Origin: Opitutales bacterium
GTDB taxonomy: Bacteria > Verrucomicrobiota > Verrucomicrobiia > Opitutales > PNEW01
Direction: 5' to 3'
Length of the DNA stretch: 32,000 nucleotides
Assembly (NCBI GenBank): GCA_965219535.1
Contig: CBDCNV010000001.1
Span: 1,140,001 to 1,172,000 of the forward strand
The notes beneath the pieces are model-generated. The model was not told where the DNA came from and searched no databases. It was given only the letters and a program-made list of their open reading frames with translations. The position numbers and the translations under genes were made by a program. The number at the start of each line of letters is the position of its first letter. Positions within the stretch are counted from its first letter, which is position 1. Positions 7,539 through 14,095 of this stretch are shown here, one piece after another.

Positions 7539-7723
7539 GTCGAATGTCTAAGGTCCAAAGTGAAAACGCGTGAAAGCGATAAAGCGTGAATGCGGATTAA
7601 TTCAGGGTGCAGGATCCAAGGAAATCTTCTTAATTTCCACATTTCCGCATCATCGCATATACTCATTCTCGCATATACGCATTTTCTTATTCCACCTTTG
7701 ACATTAGACCTTAGACTTTAGAC
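7539..7723. repeat. Foldback mosaic element R6 (full nested form)
   Basis: The heptamer arm gtcgaatgtctaaggtccaaagtg is at 7539-7562. The octamer array gtgaaaac|gcgtgaaa|gcgataaa|gcgtgaat|gcggatta is at 7560-7600. The loop contains ggtgcaggatccaaggaaatc. The octamer array cgcatcat|cgcatata|ctcattct|cgcatata|cgcatttt is at 7647-7686. The heptamer arm ccacctttgacattagaccttagactttagac is at 7692-7723. Confidence 0.9.
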
Positions 7724-7733
7724 AAATGAACCC

Positions 7734-8726
7734 ATGGGTTCATTAGTCGAAAAGCCTATCGGGCGAAGTGGTTTGAGGATGAGTGCGATTGCGCTGGGGG
7801 CGGGGACTTACGGGCGTGAGATCGACGAGGAGGCGTCCTGGAAGGTACTCGATTATGCGACGGAAAAAGGAATAACTTTTCACGACAACGCGGAGATGTA
7901 TGGCGGGGGCAATACCTACGAAAAACGCAAAGCGGATTATGGCACTACGGAAGTGCTGGAGGCATCGACCGAGATGTATTCGGGGGAGAAAATATTCTCA
8001 AGATGGATGAAAAATCGCGGTTGCCGTGATGATGTTGTCATCTGCACAAAAGTCAGCAGTGGGAACAGCGCGGAAAATATTAAGAAGCAGATGGCGGCCA
8101 GCCTCGAGCGGCTGGAAGTCGACTGTGTGGATGTTTACATGTTACATTCTCCCGATGACAGCGTGCCGATTGAAGAAACGATGGATGCGCTCAACGAGGA
8201 AGTAAAAGCCGGGCATACGAAGGTGATTGGGTGCAGCAATTTTTCGGGCGCGCAATTACGGGACGCGCTCGCGGTCAGCGCGAAGAAAGGTTACGCCCGT
8301 TTTGAAATTACCGAGCCCCGCTATAACCTCGCGGATAGAAAATCGGAGACGGATGATTTTCCCATTTGCCGGGAGGAAGAGATAACGGTTATGCCCTACA
8401 GTCCATTAGCCGCGGGATTTCTCACCGGTAAATATACACCGGACCGTTCACAGTTTCCCAAGGGCGCGCGCTTTGATCTTTCACCCGGCCACGCCGACAT
8501 TTACTTCAACGATCATAATTTTCGGGTGGTCGAACACTTGCGCAAAAAAGCCGAGGAGATGGGACTACCCATGGTGCGTCTCGCTATGGCTTGGGTGATG
8601 ACTAATCCCGATGTCACCGCCACCCTCATCGGCGCCCGAACAACCGCGCATATCGACAACGCTCTCCTCGCCGCAGAAATGGGACTCGATCCCGCATTAC
8701 GCAAAGAAATGAGTAGATGGGAATAG
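7734..8726 (+). CDS. Aldo/keto reductase family oxidoreductase
   Basis: The 330-aa product has IGRSGLRMSAIALG, DNAEMYG, DVYMLHSPD and GCSNF blocks typical of AKRs. Confidence 0.85.
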   Translation: MGSLVEKPIGRSGLRMSAIALGAGTYGREIDEEASWKVLDYATEKGITFHDNAEMYGGGNTYEKRKADYGTTEVLEASTEMYSGEKIFSRWMKNRGCRDDVVICTKVSSGNSAENIKKQMAASLERLEVDCVDVYMLHSPDDSVPIEETMDALNEEVKAGHTKVIGCSNFSGAQLRDALAVSAKKGYARFEITEPRYNLADRKSETDDFPICREEEITVMPYSPLAAGFLTGKYTPDRSQFPKGARFDLSPGHADIYFNDHNFRVVEHLRKKAEEMGLPMVRLAMAWVMTNPDVTATLIGARTTAHIDNALLAAEMGLDPALRKEMSRWE

Positions 8727-9303
8727 GAGTCGAAAGTCGAAGGTCTAAGGTCGAATGCGGAATCTAATAAATCTGAGAAAGATTAGGAATTAGTTTCTAT
8801 TTTGGTATCTGATTTATCTTGTTTAATACGGCGCATAAGTGCAGCGATGCCTTTCGAGATATTTCTACTAGCTTCTCTTAAGTTTACTGCATCGTTTTCT
8901 ACTATATAATTAAGATCTTCAGCAATATAGAGCATATTTCTTAATTCTCCACAGGAGCCTTTTGCGATGCTAAGAAAACGATAGAACTCAGCGTCTCCTT
9001 TTCTTTCATAACCCTCCGAAATATTATTCATTACTGATACACTTGATCTTTGGATTTGATCTTTAAAGCCATAGTCTTTTGACGCCGGTGTTGACCCACC
9101 AAACGATTTATAAATAGTCGTGACTAAAGTTCTTGCTTCTTGCCAGATTCTCAGATCTTCGAAGGATTTTACTGGGTTCATAATATGATAAATGTTGATG
9201 TTGAATTAATGAGATCTATATAGAATTTAATTCGGTAAAAAATACACTAAACTTAATAGTGATTATTTCGCCTTCGACTTTAGACCTTCGACTTTCGACA
9301 TTC
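8727..9303. repeat. Foldback element R7 carrying a cargo gene
   Basis: The left arm is gagtcgaaagtcgaaggtctaaggtcgaatgcggaat (8727-8763) and the right arm is ttcgccttcgactttagaccttcgactttcgacattc (9267-9303). A ~27-bp core is complementary with 1 mismatch. The arms enclose ORF 8783-9181. Confidence 0.9.
8783..9181 (-). CDS. Four-helix-bundle protein (23S rRNA intervening-sequence protein family)
   Basis: The 132-aa product has FEDLRIWQEA, SVMNNISEGYERKGDAEFYRFLSIAKGSCGELRNMLYIAEDL, the signature layout of this family. Confidence 0.85.
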   Translation of the reverse strand: MNPVKSFEDLRIWQEARTLVTTIYKSFGGSTPASKDYGFKDQIQRSSVSVMNNISEGYERKGDAEFYRFLSIAKGSCGELRNMLYIAEDLNYIVENDAVNLREASRNISKGIAALMRRIKQDKSDTKIETNS

Positions 9304-9325
9304 AAATCGCTCACGCGATTTGAAT
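9300..9325 (-). terminator. 11-bp perfect hairpin with the stop codon in the loop
   Basis: In attcaaatcgc-tcac-gcgatttgaat the stop (tca, rc tga) lies at 9311-9313. The arm at 9315-9325 is the last codons (IQIA) of the ADH gene. Confidence 0.4.
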
Positions 9326-10297
9326 TACAGCGCTCCCATTAAACTTTCCATCGCGTAGAGCATTGAGTGCATCATTGGTTTTATACAGGGGAAAAACGGA
9401 TACTTCCGTTTGAACGGGAATGCTTGGAGCCAGTTTTAAAAAATCTTCTCCATCCTTGCGCGTGAGATTGGCAACTGACCGGATCTGCCGTTCTTCCCAT
9501 AAATCTTTATAGGGAAAGGAGGGGATGTCGCTCATATGGATACCTGCACAAACGACAATCCCGCCTTTGCCCACCGCTTTCAGTGCAGCCGGTACTAAAG
9601 CGCCGATCGGAGCAAAAATGATGGCGGCGTCGAGTTTGCACGGTGCTTTATCTTCTGAACACCCCGCCCAGACGGCACCGAGTTTTCGAGCAAAGTCCTG
9701 GCCGGTGCTATCACCCCGTCGCGTAAACGCATAAATTTCTTTTCCCTCAAATACCGCGACTTGTGCGATAATATGCGCTGCTGCACCAAAGCCGTAAAAA
9801 CCAATTTTTTTTGCATTACCTGTCATTCGGTAGGCGCGATAGCCAATTAATCCGGCACAGAGCAGGGGGGCAACCTGCAAGTCGGAATAGTCATCAGCTA
9901 GGGGAAAACAAAAATCTTCTCTTGCCACGGTGTATTCAGCGTAACCGCCATCCTTTTGATAACCGGTAAAGGTCGGGTCATCGCAGAGGTTTTCACGGCC
10001 CTCGTCACAATAAGGGCATGACCCACAAGTTCCACCCAGCCATGGCACGCCTACACGCGTTCCCTTATCAAATCGTGTTGCGCTATCTCCCCGTTCTTCT
10101 ACCGTGCCGACAATCTGATGGCCCAGCACTAAAGGAAGTTTTGGTTCCATTAATTCTCCATCAACAATATGCAAATCAGTCCGGCACACCCCGCAGACCC
10201 TTACTTTGAGCAGCACTTCCTTGTCACGGGGTCTAGGGACGGGCAGCTCTATTAATTTCAATGGACTTCCCAATTTTTGTAGGGACATCGCTTGCAT
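9311..10297 (-). CDS. Zinc-dependent alcohol dehydrogenase (MDR) family protein
   Basis: The 328-aa product has GVCRTDLHIVDGE, GHQIVGTV, the structural-zinc Cys cluster CGSCPYCDEGRENLC, and a GFGAAAH Rossmann motif. Confidence 0.85.
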   Translation of the reverse strand: MQAMSLQKLGSPLKLIELPVPRPRDKEVLLKVRVCGVCRTDLHIVDGELMEPKLPLVLGHQIVGTVEERGDSATRFDKGTRVGVPWLGGTCGSCPYCDEGRENLCDDPTFTGYQKDGGYAEYTVAREDFCFPLADDYSDLQVAPLLCAGLIGYRAYRMTGNAKKIGFYGFGAAAHIIAQVAVFEGKEIYAFTRRGDSTGQDFARKLGAVWAGCSEDKAPCKLDAAIIFAPIGALVPAALKAVGKGGIVVCAGIHMSDIPSFPYKDLWEERQIRSVANLTRKDGEDFLKLAPSIPVQTEVSVFPLYKTNDALNALRDGKFNGSAVIQIA

Positions 10298-10316
10298 GAT
10301 TTGAATTGTAAGAGCA

Positions 10317-10591
10317 GAAGGTCGAAAGTCAAAAGTCGAAAGGGTTGAAAACCGGTAGATTTTCAGTGTTAGGTGTTAAGTAAGAATGGGGGTAAATGCG
10401 GCATGAGTGTATGTCATTATGCGTGTATGTGGATGGTCACTTGGGTCTTATTCGGCTATGGCATTAGCGACGGATGATTGTAGCTGAGTAGATGTAATTA
10501 TCCTTAAATAATCCGCATTATCGCATAATCGCATTCACGCGTATTCATAATCTCGCATTCTACCTTTGACATTAGACCTTAGACTTTAGAC
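10317..10591. repeat. Foldback mosaic element R8 (full nested form)
   Basis: The left arm is gaaggtcgaaagtcaaaagtcgaaaggg (10317-10344). The right octamer array is cgcattat|cgcataat|cgcattca|cgcgtatt|cataatct|cgcattct. The right heptamer arm is tacctttgacattagaccttagactttagac (10561-10591). It contains a degenerate rc copy of the GGCTATGGC module. Confidence 0.85.
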
Positions 10592-10601
10592 AAAAGAACC
10601 C

Positions 10602-11726
10602 ATGGATTCTATTGTCGAAAAGCCTCTATTAATCATCGATGGTCACTTGGATATGGGGTTTAATGCGCTTTTTAATCAACGTGATCTTACACAGTCGATC
10701 CAGGTTTTGCGTGAGCGCGAGGACTCTCTAAAGAACAAACTGGGACCCTATGAAACCGATCCGGGAACGGTTACGGTTTCACTTCCGGAATTAAGGCGAG
10801 GTTGTGTTGGCATCATGCTGGCTACGATAATGGTACGGGTCCAAGTGCCGTGGCCAGGAAGACCGAATTGCCATAATGCGGTGCGCACGCAGCCGACAGC
10901 CTATGCGCGCGGCCAATCCCATCTCGCTTATTACCAGGCTCTGGAAAAGGAAGGAGAAGTATCCTGGATTAAAACACTCGAAGACTTGGACTCGAGTGTA
11001 GCCGCCTGGGAAAACCCCACCCCGGATACTCCGGTCGGTCTAATCCTTTCGATGGAAAGCGCCGATCCCATCCTCGGGCCCGACCAGGTAGCTCAATGGT
11101 GGGAGGATGGACTGCGCGCGGTCGGCATTACTCATTTCGGAGCGAATTCTTACGGGCACGGGACCGGTACGCCGGGAGGACTTTACCCAACCGCATACCC
11201 TCTTTTGGATGCCTTTGCGGATACCAATATGATCATCGATCTCACGCATGCCGCTGATACCGCGTTCTGGCAAATTCTCGATTATTGGGAGGGACCGGTA
11301 CACGCCAGCCATTGTAACTGTCGCGCGCTCGTGCCCGGTCAACGCCATCTCAGTGACGAGATGATAAAAGCGCTCTGCGAACGCGGTGGTGTCATGGGCA
11401 TGGTATTCGCTGAGTCCATGTTGAGCCCCCAGTGGGATTGGGATGATCCGAGTACGCATTACACCAAAGCCACGCGACCGATGAAAGCGGTCGTGGAACA
11501 TGTCGACCACATCTGTCAACTCACGGGTAATACGGATCATGTAGCGATCGGCACGGATCTCGACGGTGGATTTGGGCGAGAAATTGCACCTATTGACATG
11601 GATACGGTCAACGACCTGCAAAAATTTTTAAACATACTACGTGATCGGGGATACAGCGAAGAGGATGTAGAAAAAATAGCCCATGGAAATTTGTTACAAC
11701 TCTTCCGCAACGCATGGAGCAAATAA
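10602..11726 (+). CDS. Peptidase M19 (membrane/renal dipeptidase) family protein, paralogue 1
   Basis: The 374-aa product has IDGHLD (HxD), SMESAD, IIDLTHAAD, ASHCNCRAL and IGTDLDGGFG blocks collinear with M19 metal-ligand positions. Confidence 0.8.
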   Translation: MDSIVEKPLLIIDGHLDMGFNALFNQRDLTQSIQVLREREDSLKNKLGPYETDPGTVTVSLPELRRGCVGIMLATIMVRVQVPWPGRPNCHNAVRTQPTAYARGQSHLAYYQALEKEGEVSWIKTLEDLDSSVAAWENPTPDTPVGLILSMESADPILGPDQVAQWWEDGLRAVGITHFGANSYGHGTGTPGGLYPTAYPLLDAFADTNMIIDLTHAADTAFWQILDYWEGPVHASHCNCRALVPGQRHLSDEMIKALCERGGVMGMVFAESMLSPQWDWDDPSTHYTKATRPMKAVVEHVDHICQLTGNTDHVAIGTDLDGGFGREIAPIDMDTVNDLQKFLNILRDRGYSEEDVEKIAHGNLLQLFRNAWSK

Positions 11727-11728
11727 TA

Positions 11729-12829
11729 ATGGCCGATAAACCCATGCTCATTGTAGACAGCCACCTCGACCTGGCCTTTAACGCGATCCAGATTAATCGG
11801 GACATCACACAACAGGCGGCCGTTGTTCGCACCCATGATCATCAATCCACTCTCTATCGTTTTGGAAGTTCGACTGTTACTTTTCCCGAGCTGAGAAAAG
11901 GAAAAGTAGGAATCGTGTTCGGGACGGTTATGTCTCGAATCGATCCCACCGATTGGCTGGGGCGCACCGGGGGGATGTATTCACAAGCGCAATGTTACGG
12001 AGTAGGTCATGGACATTACTCTTTTTACAAGGCGATGGAACGGGAGGGGATACTTAAATTTATCCAAAATGCCGAAGATCTCGATGCGATGGTCGAGGCC
12101 TGGGAAAATCCCTCGGCTGATACTCCTTTTGGTTTGGTTCTCGCGATGGAAAGCGCGGATCTTATCTTAGACCCTGACGAGGTCTCCAAATGGTACGACC
12201 GCGGATTACGTATCGTCAGTATTTCTCATTACGGCAACAACACCTATGCCCAAGGTACTGATACCGAGGGCGGCCTCTTACCCAAGGGGAAGCCTCTTCT
12301 AGACGCATTGAAAGCAAGTGGTATCATTGTAGATATGACTCATACAACAGATCAGAGTTTTTGGGAAATATTAGACTATTATGATGGGCCGGTTGCCGCT
12401 TCCCATCACAATTGCCGGGCCCTCGTCCCGGGTCAGCGACAGTTAACCGATGATATGATTAAGGCAATTGTCGAACGCAATGGCGTGATTGGAGCCGCAT
12501 TTGATGTATGGATGCTCGATCCCGATTGGACAAGGGGTGTTCGCGGGTGTGATCAAACGACGAAAGCTACGCTTGAAACGGTAGTCGATCATATCGACCA
12601 CATTGTCCAACTAGTGGGCAGCGCTAATCACTGTGGAATCGGTACCGATCTCGACGGGGGTTACGGGCAGGAGCAATCGCCCCGCGATCTCAATACGATT
12701 GCCGACCTGCAAAAACTCCCCAGCATTTTTAAAAAGCGCGGCTATAATGAAGAAGATATATCCAAATTTCTTTCAAAAAATTGGATTAATTTTTTGAAAG
12801 AAACTTGGAGTCAAAAGTCGAAGGTCTAA
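11729..12829 (+). CDS. Peptidase M19 family protein, paralogue 2
   Basis: It is collinear with paralogue 1 (roughly half of positions identical by eye). I prefer ATG 11729 (MADKPMLIVDSHLD), which aligns with KPLLIIDGHLD, over the track start at 11714. The last codons, QKSKV*, are encoded by repeat arm R9. Confidence 0.8.
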   Translation: MADKPMLIVDSHLDLAFNAIQINRDITQQAAVVRTHDHQSTLYRFGSSTVTFPELRKGKVGIVFGTVMSRIDPTDWLGRTGGMYSQAQCYGVGHGHYSFYKAMEREGILKFIQNAEDLDAMVEAWENPSADTPFGLVLAMESADLILDPDEVSKWYDRGLRIVSISHYGNNTYAQGTDTEGGLLPKGKPLLDALKASGIIVDMTHTTDQSFWEILDYYDGPVAASHHNCRALVPGQRQLTDDMIKAIVERNGVIGAAFDVWMLDPDWTRGVRGCDQTTKATLETVVDHIDHIVQLVGSANHCGIGTDLDGGYGQEQSPRDLNTIADLQKLPSIFKKRGYNEEDISKFLSKNWINFLKETWSQKSKV

Positions 12830-13002
12830 AGTCGAAAGTGGAAACGTGTGAATGCGGATTATTTCAAGGTGCAGGTTCCAAGGAAATCATGGTAGTTACC
12901 ACATTTACGCATCAACGCTTACACGCATGTTCGCGTAAGAGGATGTCGGGCTCTACCCTCGGTACGCATTACCTTTGACTTTCGACCTTCGACCTTCGAC
13001 TC
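12808..13002. repeat. Foldback mosaic element R9
   Basis: The left arm is gagtcaaaagtcgaaggtctaaagtcgaaagtg (12808-12840). The loop sequence ggtgcaggttccaaggaaatc matches R6 at 20 of 21 positions. The module gaggatgtcgggctctaccctcggtacgc is at 12939-12967. The right arm is acctttgactttcgaccttcgaccttcgactc (12971-13002). Confidence 0.9.
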
Positions 13003-13012
13003 TTTTTAAATC

Positions 13013-13792
13013 ATGCGCTTAAAAAACAGAGTAGCCTTAATTACTGGAGCTTCGCGGGGCTTGGGAAAGGCGATGGCCATTTCATTCGCTAAAGAGGGAG
13101 CGTCGGTTGGGGTCAATTACGTTAAAAGCCGTGAACAGGCTGAATTGATATGTGAGGAGATTGTAGAATCGGGTGGAAAAGCGGTCCCCGTTCAAGCTGA
13201 TGTTTCCAATGCCGATGAAGTAAAGGCGATGGTGAAAATAGTAGAAGATGTCTATGGCAATATTGATATCCTCGTAAATAACGCCGGGCTCTTTGTCCCG
13301 ACCAATTTAATTGAAGACCCACCATCCAATATCGACCGCTTATACGAGGTAAATATAAAAGGGGTTATTTACACTGTACAAGCTGTAGTAGGTAAGATGA
13401 AAGAGAGGAAGTACGGGAGAATATTGAATCTCAGTTCTATCGCGGGATTGGGCACTGCCTTTGCTGGAACCAGCGGTTACGCGGCGACAAAAGCGGCAGT
13501 AATTTCACTCACTAAACGGATGGCGCTGGAGTTAGGGGAGTTTGGAATCACCGTTAACAGCATTGCACCCGGATTTATAAAAACCGATATGGCACTGCGT
13601 GACGGCCTGACTGAAGTTAAACCCGAAGATTTAAAAGTCGTCGCAGAGAGGGCGATGTTGAATCGCGTGGGGGAACCCGAAGATATCGCCTATCCCGCAC
13701 TCTTTCTCGTCTCCGATGAGTCCAGTTTTATCACCGGACAGACGCTCACCGTAGACGGCGGGCGAATGGATTTTCTCTCCCATTCGGCTTAA
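13013..13792 (+). CDS. SDR family oxidoreductase (FabG-like)
   Basis: The 259-aa product has TGASRGLGKA, NNAG and YAATKAA (YxxxK). Confidence 0.85.
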   Translation: MRLKNRVALITGASRGLGKAMAISFAKEGASVGVNYVKSREQAELICEEIVESGGKAVPVQADVSNADEVKAMVKIVEDVYGNIDILVNNAGLFVPTNLIEDPPSNIDRLYEVNIKGVIYTVQAVVGKMKERKYGRILNLSSIAGLGTAFAGTSGYAATKAAVISLTKRMALELGEFGITVNSIAPGFIKTDMALRDGLTEVKPEDLKVVAERAMLNRVGEPEDIAYPALFLVSDESSFITGQTLTVDGGRMDFLSHSA

Positions 13793-13843
13793 TACTGGAG
13801 AGCCTAAGGTCCCGCCGTCGCTAAGGGCTATGGCGTGGCAAGC

Positions 13844-14079
13844 GGAAGGTCTAAAGTCGAAAGCGGAATACTAAGGAGCTGAAAGTCGAAGGTTGATGAA
13901 AATTATTAAGCACTAATTTTTAAGTGAAGAGTGTTATTGGCCATCTTCGAATTTCGACTCTTTGCTTTTTATTAATTCTCTTACTTGAAGCTTAACGATT
14001 AACACCTGAAATCTTTGGCTTAACACTAAATTTACACAGTTTTTCCAGCCTTCGACCTTTGACTTTCGACCTTCGACTC
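13844..14079. repeat. Composite foldback element R10
   Basis: Left-type arrays are ggaaggtctaaagtcgaaagcgg (13844-13866) and aggagctgaaagtcgaaggttg (13874-13895). An internal right-type arm is cttcgaatttcgactcttt (13945-13963). GTGTTAAG-type words lie at 13906-13940 and 13990-14033. The terminal right arm is ccttcgacctttgactttcgaccttcgactc (14049-14079). Confidence 0.8.
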
Positions 14080-14095
14080 TTTCAGTATATCCCCC

